From assembly GCA_964363965.1 (NCBI GenBank), contig CAYIKH010000003.1, forward strand, positions 1-36,195: a DNA stretch of 36,195 bases, given 5' to 3'. Each line of letters opens with the position of its first letter. The first letter of the stretch is position 1. The position numbers were made by a program, and so were the translations under genes. This document shows, piece after piece, positions 28,481 to 36,195 of the stretch. The notes beneath the pieces are model-generated. The model had not been told where the DNA came from. It saw nothing but the letters and a program-made list of their open reading frames with translations, and searched no databases. Source of the DNA: an uncultured Candidatus Saccharibacteria bacterium (GTDB lineage Bacteria > Patescibacteriota > Minisyncoccia > Sungbacterales > SURF-37).

Positions 28481-29809
28481 ATGAAAACCATATTCATTAC
28501 CAGCTTCCACGTCCTGATTTCGCGGAATATTCTGGCCGCTCCGCTTCTCGGCGAGCTTCTTAATCAGGGTAATGTTCGGGCGGTATTGCTTGTTCCCGAA
28601 CGCAAGCGCCAATTTTTTGAGCAGGAGTTTGGCCGACCGGGGGTGATCATTGAAGGAGTACCGCGCATGCTTAACCGGCGCGATGCTTTTTTACGCTATT
28701 TGGCTCTTGCTTCGTTAAACACAAAATCGCTTGCCATCAAGCGCCGGACCGAGATGCGGGGGATGGGCAGTTGGCTGGTTAAGTTCATCGGCAACCGGCC
28801 GCGGGCAAGAAGCATTATCCGGCGGCTGGATAACTGGCTTACTCCCCGCGAACGTTTCGGTTCATTGCTTGACCGCTACCAGCCAAGGCTGATTTTCTCG
28901 ACGGATGTTCAGAACGAAAATGATATTCGGTTCATTCGCGAAGCTAAGGATCGGGGTATTACGGTTGCCGGTATGGTCAGGTCGTGGGACAATCTCACTG
29001 CCAAGGGTTTGATTCGGGCGATACCCGATATCCTTATTGTCAACAACGAAATCATTAAGCGCGAAGCAGTAGAACTTCATGGCATTCCGGAATCAAGGAT
29101 TCGCGTAGTCGGCATTCCGCACTATGACCGCTACACCGGGCCGGCTCATTCCCGGGAGGAGTTTTCGCGGCAAGCCGGCCTTGATCCGGCCAAGCCATTC
29201 GTGCTTTACGCGCCTACCGGAGACCGCTACCTTGCCGAAAACCAGGTTGATCAGGAAATTATAAAAATAATCGCCCCCTCTTTACCCGCCAGTCACCAGC
29301 TTCTGGTGCGATTACCTCCGGCAGATAGCGTGAATCTTAAAGATTTTTCAACTCCGGCCAATGTTTTTTTTGACCGCCCTGGCCGACAGCTCGCGCGAGA
29401 TCCGAATCTTTTCCGGCTGAATGAACTTACCCGCGAGGATGATGATCATCTCCGCGATACTCTGGCTTTTTGTGATCTGGTTATTGCCGGCCCCTCAACC
29501 ATAATCATTGACGCCGCGGTTTTTGATAAGCCGGTGATTTTAATAGGTTTTGACGGCGCCAAAACTACTCCTTACTATCAAAGCATCCGCCGCTATTATG
29601 ACTATGACCATTTCCAGCCGGTATTAAAAAACAGGGGAGTGAGATTGGCAAAAAGCGTGGGCGAACTAAAAGAATGGCTGGCAAAGTATATTAAAGAGCC
29701 GGCACTGGATCAGGCCGGCCGCGCAAAAATTCGGGAGGAGCAATGCCTCAAGCTTGACGGACAGTCCAGCCAGCGTCTGGCCGAGACGCTTTTGAGCTTT
29801 CTGGCATAA
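28481..29809 (+). CDS. Uncharacterised GT-B-like protein, distantly TagF-like (paralogue 1)
   Basis: The motif order GIPHYDRY ... PFVLYAPTGDRY ... CDLVIAGPSTIIIDAAVFDKPVIL ... YYDYD parallels the G-x-P-R-x-D ... LYAPT-x-R ... ITDYSS ... KP layout of CDP-glycerol glycerophosphotransferases. The key residues differ. Confidence 0.55.
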   Translation: MKTIFITSFHVLISRNILAAPLLGELLNQGNVRAVLLVPERKRQFFEQEFGRPGVIIEGVPRMLNRRDAFLRYLALASLNTKSLAIKRRTEMRGMGSWLVKFIGNRPRARSIIRRLDNWLTPRERFGSLLDRYQPRLIFSTDVQNENDIRFIREAKDRGITVAGMVRSWDNLTAKGLIRAIPDILIVNNEIIKREAVELHGIPESRIRVVGIPHYDRYTGPAHSREEFSRQAGLDPAKPFVLYAPTGDRYLAENQVDQEIIKIIAPSLPASHQLLVRLPPADSVNLKDFSTPANVFFDRPGRQLARDPNLFRLNELTREDDDHLRDTLAFCDLVIAGPSTIIIDAAVFDKPVILIGFDGAKTTPYYQSIRRYYDYDHFQPVLKNRGVRLAKSVGELKEWLAKYIKEPALDQAGRAKIREEQCLKLDGQSSQRLAETLLSFLA

Positions 29810-29811
29810 AT

Positions 29812-31206
29812 ATGAAAACCATTTTTATCACCAGTTTCCATCCGCTCATTTCTCGGAATATCATCTCCACCGAGTTTCTTTCGGATTTGACGGCAATGGG
29901 AAACGAGGTCGTGGTTCTCGTGCCGAGTTACAAGCGTTCGTTCTTCGAAGAAACCTATCGCCGTTCCGGCATCCGCTTCGAGGGCATTGATACCGGGCCG
30001 GGGGCGCGTTCCCGCTGGGTGAAAATCGCAAAGCGAGTTGCCGAAGCTTTGCCGGATACCCGGCGCGCGGCCATTGGGCGCAGGCGCACACTCACCGGGA
30101 AACGGAAACACGCCTTCATCTACTGGCTCTTCTATGCCCCGCTGGGGCTCGCCGGAAAATCGCATCGTGCGGTTCGATGGTTCCGGTGGCTCGATTTCTT
30201 TCTTGCGCCGGCTGGGCGTTTCTACTCGATCCTGGACCGCTACCGGCCGGCATTGGTGTTTTCAACCGACATTCAGAACGAACACGACGTCGGGCTTATG
30301 CAGGATGCCCGGCGCCGGGGTTACCCGATTCTCGGCATGGTGAGGTCGTGGGACAACCTCACCACGCGGGCATTGCGGTTTGTACCTCCGCATATTGTTG
30401 TCCACAACGAAATCATAAAAGCCGAGGCCGTGCGTTACCACGGCATTACGCCGGAGGAGGTGAGTGTGGTCGGGATCCCGCATTACGATCGTTACCTCCG
30501 GGGACCAACGCTCGGCCGGGCGGAGTTTTTCGAGAGCATCGGCGCGCGTCTCGGTACCAAACTGATCCTCTATTTTCCGATTTGCGACTATCGCTTGGAG
30601 AGGAATATCGTGGATCCCTACGTCATCGGCCTTTTAGGCAAAACCGACGGCATCACCACGCTGGTTCGTTTTCCACCTGCGGCATCGGTGGATCTTGGGG
30701 ATTTCGTCAAACCTCGCACAGTGGTCTATGATACGCCCGGCCGCGAGTTTCAATCAGGACGCGTGGATGATCGGGAGCTCACGCCCGCGGATGATGAACG
30801 GCTGGTGAATGCTCTTGTCTGGTGTGACGTCGCAGTTGCCGGCCCGTCGACGGCGGTCATTGATGCGGCACTTTTCAACAAGCCGGTCATGCTCATTGAC
30901 CTGTATCCGCGCGATCTTCCGGACGAAGGGCGGATTTACGAGTACGGAGCGGAGCATATCGCGAATATTCTTGCGGCAGGCGGCGCGCAACTGGTCAGGA
31001 GCGAGCGGGAATTCTTCGCGGCACTCAACCGGTATCTGGAACATCCCGAGGCCGATGCGCTCGGGCGCGAGTGTATTGTTCGGGAACAGTGCTGGCAATG
31101 TGACGGGAAAGCCTGCGAACGGCTGGCCCGCCTTGTCCATGCGTATGCGAGTTCCGGGCATCGCGCCCTCGGTGATCAGAAAACCCGGAATTCTCCGGGA
31201 AGGTAG
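29812..31206 (+). CDS. Uncharacterised GT-B-like protein, distantly TagF-like (paralogue 2)
   Basis: Same N-terminus as paralogue 1 (MKTIFITSFHPLISRNI). Shared MVRSWDNLT, NEIIK, VVGIPHYDRY and AGPST motifs. It starts 2 nt after the upstream stop. Confidence 0.55.
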   Translation: MKTIFITSFHPLISRNIISTEFLSDLTAMGNEVVVLVPSYKRSFFEETYRRSGIRFEGIDTGPGARSRWVKIAKRVAEALPDTRRAAIGRRRTLTGKRKHAFIYWLFYAPLGLAGKSHRAVRWFRWLDFFLAPAGRFYSILDRYRPALVFSTDIQNEHDVGLMQDARRRGYPILGMVRSWDNLTTRALRFVPPHIVVHNEIIKAEAVRYHGITPEEVSVVGIPHYDRYLRGPTLGRAEFFESIGARLGTKLILYFPICDYRLERNIVDPYVIGLLGKTDGITTLVRFPPAASVDLGDFVKPRTVVYDTPGREFQSGRVDDRELTPADDERLVNALVWCDVAVAGPSTAVIDAALFNKPVMLIDLYPRDLPDEGRIYEYGAEHIANILAAGGAQLVRSEREFFAALNRYLEHPEADALGRECIVREQCWQCDGKACERLARLVHAYASSGHRALGDQKTRNSPGR

Positions 31207-31229
31207 TAAGGATAGGATTCTTGGGCTAC

Positions 31230-33281
31230 ATGACAGCATTTGAACGGCGACTCCGATCACTGCTCAAACCGGATACGCGCCGGCTAATTTTGCGTCGCAT
31301 CAGGAATCGCGCCGCCATGCGCTGGCGTCATGTTGTCTCGCCCCATCCCGCCCTGATTCATGCCGGAGCACGGCGAATCGGCCCGGGGGAGCCTGTGTTC
31401 GTTATCGCCGAAATCGGCGTGAACCATAACGGGAGCGTGGAGCGGGCCAAGCAGTTGATTGACGCGGCGCATGCGGCCGGGGCTGACGCGGTGAAATTTC
31501 AGATTCGGCATCTTCCCGCGACCTATCGGGCCGACGTCCTCGAGCACCCCGAGCGCGAGGAGCAGTCATTCCAATATTTGATTCCACTCTTGAAGGAATT
31601 TGAACTTTCGCGGGATGCGTACCGCGAGCTTTTCCGCTATGCCCGCGCGCTCGGCATACTCGCCTTCGCCTCGGCCTTCGATGAACCGACGGTTGATTTT
31701 GTCTCCGAATTCCAGCCGCCCCTGTACAAAGTCGCGTCAGCCGACCTTATTCATTTCCCCCTGATCGAGCGCCTCCTCGAGGAGCGAACGCCGCTCCTGC
31801 TCTCGACCGGAATGTCCACACTGGATGAAGTTGATGAAACCGCGGCGTTCCTCGATCACCGCCGCGCCTCCTTCGCGCTCCTTCATTGCCAGTCAACGTA
31901 TCCGGCGTCGGTTGATACGCTGAATCTTGCGATGATTCCGAAACTGCGGCATCGCTATGGCGTTCCCGTTGGCTATTCGGGGCACGAGCTCGGCATCACG
32001 AACACGATTGCTGCGGTGGCCCTTGGCGCCTCGGTCATCGAGCGCCACATCACACTCGACCGAACGCTCGCTGGTCCGGATCACTCATCTTCGCTCGAGC
32101 CCGCCGTGTTCGCTCTGCTGGTGAAAGGAATCCGCGAGTACGAGATCGCCTACGGCGTTCCGGTGAGGCGTATTTCGCGGGGTGAAGTCGGTAATCGCCT
32201 GACGCTCCGCAAGAGCTTGGTTGCGGCCTCCGATATTCCGGCCGGTGCGGTGATTACGCGCGATCGAGTGACGGCGAAGAGTCCGGGGAACGGCATTTCG
32301 CCCCAGCGTTTGTATGAACTCGTGGGCCGCAGGGCTTCTCGCGCCATCACGGCCGATGAGATGTTCACCGAATCGGATCTCGGCCGCGTGGAGAAGCCGC
32401 CGGCAACGCTTCCCGCGTTCTCATCCTCGTGGGGGCTGAAGGCGCGATTCCTCGAGCTTGACCGGCTTTCGCAGATTCGCCCCCGACCGAAGTTTTTTGA
32501 ATTTCATTGCTCGTACGCGGACCTGGATGTTGGGCTCGATCCGGACACGCGCTACCCGCAAGGGCTTGTCGTGCACGCGCCGGAATACTTCGGGAGGAAG
32601 GTTGTGGATCTCGCGGCTGCCGATCCGGCACTGTGGGAGGATTCCATTCGCGTCATGCAGCGTACGATCAACAAGACCCGCGAAATCGCGGGAAGCTTCG
32701 TGGGAACGCCCAAAGTCGTGATTCATGTGGGCGGTATGTCCCTTGAACCGAACGCGGATCATGCCGCTTTACTTAAGCGCGCCGAGGACGCGTTTCGGCG
32801 GCTCGATACCGCGGGCGTTGAAATTTTGCCTGAAAACCTTCCTCCATTCGGCTGGTTTTTTTCCGGATTGTGGCACTGTAATGTCTTCGGGGACGCCGAT
32901 GAGATGGTGAGGTTCTGTAGGCACCTCGGATACCGCATGTGCTTGGATCTTTCGCATGCCTGGCTCTACACGACGCACCATGGCCTTGATTACCTTGAAT
33001 ACCTGGAAAAGACCGCGCCCATCGCTGGTCACCTCCACATTGCCGACGGTCGCGGTTCGCACAAGGAGGGGCTTCAGATTGGCGAAGGCGATGTTCCGTT
33101 TGGAGAGGCATTCCGGGTGCTCGCAAAACACTTGCCGCGCGATCGCGAAGTCACCTGGGTTCCTGAAGTATGGCAGGGTCAGCTTGATGACTATCGTCAT
33201 TTCCGGATTGCGCTTGCGAAACTTGCGGCCTATCCGTTTCTGATGAACGATAGGGGGCAGGAACCCGTCCACGAAGTATGA
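31230..33281 (+). CDS. NeuB-type ulosonic (sialic) acid synthase with SAF domain, fused to a xylose-isomerase-like TIM-barrel domain
   Basis: NeuB motifs IAEIGVNHNGS, KFQ, STGMS, LLHCQSTYP, GYSGHELG, ERHITLDR..GPDHSSSLEP. SAF-like RKSLVAASDIPAGAVITRD. The C-terminal ~290 aa carry VVHAPEYF, VIHVGG, PENLPP, DLSHAW and HLHIADGRG (sugar-phosphate isomerase/epimerase TIM-barrel pattern). ATG at 31230 (TTG at 31221). Confidence 0.8.
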   Translation: MTAFERRLRSLLKPDTRRLILRRIRNRAAMRWRHVVSPHPALIHAGARRIGPGEPVFVIAEIGVNHNGSVERAKQLIDAAHAAGADAVKFQIRHLPATYRADVLEHPEREEQSFQYLIPLLKEFELSRDAYRELFRYARALGILAFASAFDEPTVDFVSEFQPPLYKVASADLIHFPLIERLLEERTPLLLSTGMSTLDEVDETAAFLDHRRASFALLHCQSTYPASVDTLNLAMIPKLRHRYGVPVGYSGHELGITNTIAAVALGASVIERHITLDRTLAGPDHSSSLEPAVFALLVKGIREYEIAYGVPVRRISRGEVGNRLTLRKSLVAASDIPAGAVITRDRVTAKSPGNGISPQRLYELVGRRASRAITADEMFTESDLGRVEKPPATLPAFSSSWGLKARFLELDRLSQIRPRPKFFEFHCSYADLDVGLDPDTRYPQGLVVHAPEYFGRKVVDLAAADPALWEDSIRVMQRTINKTREIAGSFVGTPKVVIHVGGMSLEPNADHAALLKRAEDAFRRLDTAGVEILPENLPPFGWFFSGLWHCNVFGDADEMVRFCRHLGYRMCLDLSHAWLYTTHHGLDYLEYLEKTAPIAGHLHIADGRGSHKEGLQIGEGDVPFGEAFRVLAKHLPRDREVTWVPEVWQGQLDDYRHFRIALAKLAAYPFLMNDRGQEPVHEV

Positions 33282-34021
33282 ATACGTCCGCTCCCAGAAA
33301 ATCGGTGAATATCCTCGGCATTATTCCCGCGCGCGGCGGTTCAAAATCCATTCCCCGGAAAAACTTGGCGCCGGTGCTCGGCAAGCCGCTGGTTTCCTAT
33401 TCAATCCGTTCGGCCCAGCAGTCGAAGCTCTTGGATGCGTTTCTTGTAAGTACGGATGACGCCGAAATCGCCGAGGTAGCGCGATCCTGTGGGGCCGACG
33501 TGCCGTTCCTGCGGCCGAAGGAGTTTTCACGGGATGATTCTCTGGACATTGAATTCCTGCGTCATGCTCTTGATTGGCTTGAGGCTGAACGCGGCTGGAA
33601 GCCCGAGATTGTCGTGAACCTGCGCCCCACCGGGCCGCTTCGCACCGGTGAGGATATTGACCGCGTTATTCAGCTGATGCTCGATACCGGCTGCGATTCA
33701 GCGCGCACCGTATCAATTCCCGCGCATAACCCCTTCAAGATGTGGCGAGTGGATGCGGCGAGCGCCAGAATGGATCCGCTCATTCCCACCGAACATTTTG
33801 CCGTGCTCGGCACGGACGTGCCGCGTCAGCTCCTCCCCCAGAACGTCTATTGGCAAAACGGCCTCGTGGACGCGACGCGGGCGAAGTTCATCCGCGAGGG
33901 CAGGATCTACGGTCCGGATATCCGCGGCGTTGTCGTTGACCTCCGCAAGGCCATTGACATTGATGATCCCGAGGACCTGGACCGTGTCCAAAAGCGGCTG
34001 GAGGAATTCGGCCTCGCTTGA
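33278..34021 (+). CDS. Acylneuraminate cytidylyltransferase-like CMP-ulosonic-acid synthetase
   Basis: GIIPARGGSKSIPRKNL...STDD...FLRP signature of the NeuA/CTP_transf_3 family. ATGA overlap with the upstream gene. Confidence 0.85.
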   Translation: MNTSAPRKSVNILGIIPARGGSKSIPRKNLAPVLGKPLVSYSIRSAQQSKLLDAFLVSTDDAEIAEVARSCGADVPFLRPKEFSRDDSLDIEFLRHALDWLEAERGWKPEIVVNLRPTGPLRTGEDIDRVIQLMLDTGCDSARTVSIPAHNPFKMWRVDAASARMDPLIPTEHFAVLGTDVPRQLLPQNVYWQNGLVDATRAKFIREGRIYGPDIRGVVVDLRKAIDIDDPEDLDRVQKRLEEFGLA

Positions 34022-34025
34022 TGTC

Positions 34026-35000
34026 ATGAATATCCTCATTGTCGGGACGGGATCCATCGGGCGCCGTCATTTCCGGAACCTTCATGCGCTTGGCTTTCGG
34101 AAACTTGCCGTTGTTCGATCCAAGCATCGCATGGACGGGCCCCAGCGCGAGTTTTTTGCAAAATACCGGCCGCGGGTGTTCTATGACCTCGCCACCGCCC
34201 TAGCTGAAAGATCCGATGCCATGGTTGTCTCGAATCCGACGAGTTTGCACGTCCGAACGGCTCGCGTCGCGATTCGCGCCGGCGCCCATGTTTTCATCGA
34301 AAAGCCCATCTCTCACTCGCGATCCGGTGTTGCCGAGCTGCTTCGCGAAGCGCGGCGGCGAAAACTTATCGTATACATGGGTTATCATTTTCGTCACCAT
34401 CCGCTCCTGAAAGCGGCTAAGCGCCTGCTCGATGCAGGCAAGCTCGGCAAACTCCATAGCGCTCGATTCATCACCGGCGAATATTTGCCGGGCTGGCATC
34501 CCTGGGAGGACTACCGCAAGGGCTATGCCGCCAGGCGCGATCTTGGCGGGGGAGTGGTGCTCACCCAGAGCCATGACCTTGATCTCATCTCCTGGTTTTT
34601 CGGGAAGCCCCGATTGGTTGCCGCTGACGTGCGCTCAAGCGGCGCGCTTGGCATTCCCGTGGATGATATCGCCGTGATTACTTTCGCCACCCCGCGCTGT
34701 CCGGTCGTTGTTTCGCATCTCGATTATCTCTCGCGGCCGCCGGTGAAAGAATTTACCATCAGCGGATCGCGGGGGCGCCTCGAATGGGACTATCAGGGGA
34801 ATTTTTTGCGCCTTGTCTTAGCGAACGGCAAAGCGCGCACCATGAAACTACCGACTGGCTTTAAGCGGAACGACATGTACGTTGCGGAAATCAAGGATTT
34901 CATCCGCTGCATTCGGCAGGGGAGGAAGCCGGAAACGGACGGGCAAGCTGGCGCAGCCGTGCTCGAAATAGCTCTCGGCGCAATGGACGCAAGAAGGTAA
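34026..35000 (+). CDS. Gfo/Idh/MocA-family NAD(P)-dependent oxidoreductase
   Basis: MNILIVGTGSIGRRH Rossmann N-terminus and the HVFIEKP motif. The start is set at the ATG at 34026, 4 nt after the upstream stop. The 33753 extension overlaps the NeuA-like gene in another frame. Confidence 0.85.
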   Translation: MNILIVGTGSIGRRHFRNLHALGFRKLAVVRSKHRMDGPQREFFAKYRPRVFYDLATALAERSDAMVVSNPTSLHVRTARVAIRAGAHVFIEKPISHSRSGVAELLREARRRKLIVYMGYHFRHHPLLKAAKRLLDAGKLGKLHSARFITGEYLPGWHPWEDYRKGYAARRDLGGGVVLTQSHDLDLISWFFGKPRLVAADVRSSGALGIPVDDIAVITFATPRCPVVVSHLDYLSRPPVKEFTISGSRGRLEWDYQGNFLRLVLANGKARTMKLPTGFKRNDMYVAEIKDFIRCIRQGRKPETDGQAGAAVLEIALGAMDARR

Positions 35001-35167
35001 CGACAGACGTTGCAAATCGAAAGAGGACGGAGGTATCGCGAGGTTCGCGCTACAACAGTTTGCAGATCTTTCTTGGCGAGAGCCAGGGTTACTTCCGCCA
35101 GCGCATGATCGGCGTAACGCTCATGGCAGTCGGGGCTGCACTCCTCGCGTTTTGATCCGTCTTCCAA

Positions 35168-35205
35168 CAGCGGCCGTGGCAAGCCACGCCGCTGCCTTTA
35201 TTTTT
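35168..35205 (+). terminator. Rho-independent terminator (plus-strand orientation)
   Basis: 11-bp GC-rich stem with one bulge (cagcggccgtgg / ccacgccgctg), loop caag, then cctttattttt. The T-tract overlaps the stop codon of the convergent minus-strand gene. Confidence 0.65.
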
Positions 35206-36058
35206 GCGCTTTAAAACAATACGCAAGAACATAATTGTCCGCCTCCGGAATGGATGCATACAGCGGAGAGAACGCTCTGAGCAATATATTATGGGCTTTT
35301 CTCGAAAGCCGAACGAGAAGCATCAATATTGTATTGATGAAGAAATTCGAAGAATAGGTGGCCTTCATGGCATATACGTTGAAGAAGCTTCTGTGGAACG
35401 TCCGATAGACATCGAAAGGCCGTCCGATATTTTTGACCTCAACTTCCTTAAAGCCGCTTTCACGAAAGAGTTTCTCGAGCGCAAATCTTGTATAACGGTA
35501 AAAATCATACGGGGCAGAATGAATGGGATGGAAAAAAGGAACCGAGCCAAGACAATATCCATCTGGTTTCAAAATCCGCGAAATTTCTGAAATAAAAAGG
35601 AGTGGATTCGGAATATGTTCTAACACCTCAGTAATAAAAACAATGTCGGCAGCGGAATCTTTAATGGGAAGCGGCTTCGTAAGGTCGGTAACGATATGAA
35701 CCGAGCTGTAGGGCACAAAATCCACTCCGATCTTCGTGTGAAAGTCCTTAGTGAGCTCCTGGAGGCGGTTGGTGCCGATTCCCATATCTAAAAAAATTTT
35801 ATTGCGATCTTCTTTTTCAAGAATTCGTTTAAAATAATCAATCCCGATTTTTCTTTGGACGCTAAAATCGCGAATGTATTTTTTCGTCTCATCGTGCATT
35901 TTGGCGTCCTGCGGAACTTCAGAAAAAAATATTCTGCCATCTTTAAATAAATATTTTTCTTCACAGCGAGAACACTGCAAAAAATCTCCAACAAAAAAAA
36001 GATCCGACCCAAAACACTTTGTGCATCGAATCAATTTTGTCAATTTAGTTTTGTCCAT
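35198..36058 (-). CDS. Class I SAM-dependent methyltransferase with N-terminal zinc-ribbon (Trm112-like) segment
   Basis: CTKC...CSRC zinc ribbon. FLDMGIGTN (degenerate motif I) and DIVFITEVLEHIPNP. Clearly AT-richer than the rest of the window. Confidence 0.75.
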   Translation of the reverse strand: MDKTKLTKLIRCTKCFGSDLFFVGDFLQCSRCEEKYLFKDGRIFFSEVPQDAKMHDETKKYIRDFSVQRKIGIDYFKRILEKEDRNKIFLDMGIGTNRLQELTKDFHTKIGVDFVPYSSVHIVTDLTKPLPIKDSAADIVFITEVLEHIPNPLLFISEISRILKPDGYCLGSVPFFHPIHSAPYDFYRYTRFALEKLFRESGFKEVEVKNIGRPFDVYRTFHRSFFNVYAMKATYSSNFFINTILMLLVRLSRKAHNILLRAFSPLYASIPEADNYVLAYCFKAQK

Positions 36059-36092
36059 GCGTTTTTAAAAATTTAAATGTTTTGGGAATTTC

Positions 36093-36195
36093 TTACCCGG
36101 CGAAAGTTTGAGCGGTGTGTTTAACACCATTCAGCAATCCCCTAATGACAGAACCAACGTTTTCTTTATTTTGAGTTTTCATTCTGACCCTGGTA
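36093..36195 (-). CDS. Possible 3' end of a minus-strand gene that starts beyond the window edge (or a 29-aa ORF from the ATG at 36182)
   Basis: Open frame from the window edge to the TAA at 36093-36095 (...MKTQNKENVGSVIRGLLNGVKHTAQTFAG). It lies 34 nt upstream of the methyltransferase start and has the same AT-rich composition. No recognisable domain. Confidence 0.2.
   Translation of the reverse strand, partial: TRVRMKTQNKENVGSVIRGLLNGVKHTAQTFAG

Noticed and set aside
30177-30731. 184-aa alternative plus-frame ORF inside TagF-like paralogue 2
   Set aside because: Arg/Gly/Pro-rich out-of-frame translation. The annotated frame is supported by clear paralogy to the upstream gene.
32769-33272. 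167-aa minus-strand ORF inside the NeuB-TIM-barrel gene (and the similar antisense ORFs 32421-32762 and 32773-33126)
   Set aside because: These are antisense or alternative frames of a GC-rich gene whose plus-strand translation carries continuous recognisable motifs.
33753-34025. 91-aa N-terminal extension of the Gfo/Idh/MocA ORF
   Set aside because: It overlaps the NeuA-like gene out of frame with an Arg/Ser-rich translation. The Rossmann N-terminus MNILIVGTGSIG starts at 34026, 4 nt after the upstream stop.
34793-35182. 129-aa minus-strand ORF spanning the post-operon gap
   Set aside because: It starts inside the terminator hairpin, and two thirds of it overlaps the oxidoreductase gene antisense. 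It has no SD. It is kept only as a possible gene remnant in the finding on 35001-35205.

Overview
This 36.2-kb window holds about 29 tightly packed protein-coding genes. I see no rRNA, tRNA or CRISPR array. All domain calls were made by eye from motifs in the ORF translations; no searches were run, so functions are family-level hypotheses.

Gene content:
- The left ~4.8 kb is housekeeping and envelope: the 3' part of a D-2-hydroxyacid dehydrogenase gene, a CheY-like pseudo-receiver, ribosomal protein bL25/Ctc, a coiled-coil lytic-transglycosylase-like protein, and a lamin-tail/PKD surface protein.
- From ~4.8 kb to ~35.0 kb the window is one almost uninterrupted surface-glycan/glycoconjugate biosynthesis island.
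  - Transferases and membrane steps: seven GT4 modules in six genes, two GT-C-like polytopic membrane proteins, a polyprenyl-phosphate-mannose synthase (GT2) and a Wzx-like flippase.
  - Modifying enzymes: a CE4 deacetylase-methyltransferase fusion, an APH/choline-kinase-like kinase, a degenerate P-loop protein and a zinc-ribbon SAM methyltransferase.
  - Nucleotide-sugar block: a dehydrogenase, an SDR epimerase/dehydratase, a ColD/E1-type 3-dehydratase and an RmlD-like reductase.
- At 28.5-35.0 kb sits a ulosonic-acid-type module: two tandem TagF-like GT-B paralogues, a NeuB-SAF protein fused to a xylose-isomerase-like TIM barrel, a CMP-sugar synthetase and a Gfo/Idh/MocA oxidoreductase.
- I recognise no initiating phosphoglycosyltransferase, Wzy/Wzz or ABC exporter in the window.
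- The right end (from ~35.2 kb) switches to a visibly AT-richer minus-strand methyltransferase gene.

Most unusual non-coding signal:
- A family of 7-nt-periodic AT-rich tracts (caaaatt / gttaaaa / gatttcg types). They build three long imperfect palindromes in the intergenic regions around the mannose-synthase/GT-C pair. They also occur in frame at the same structural position in four GT4 modules.
- A 14-bp perfect palindrome embedded in a GT4 ORF.
- A 12-bp perfect hairpin that buries the SD and start codon of a GT-C-like gene.
- A recurrent TTGAGTAT motif at four gene starts.
- Two good intrinsic terminators.

The gene packing (ATGA overlaps, abutting convergent stop codons), the LTD protein and the repeat style suggest a small-genome uncultivated bacterium, possibly Patescibacteria/CPR-like. 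That is inference only.
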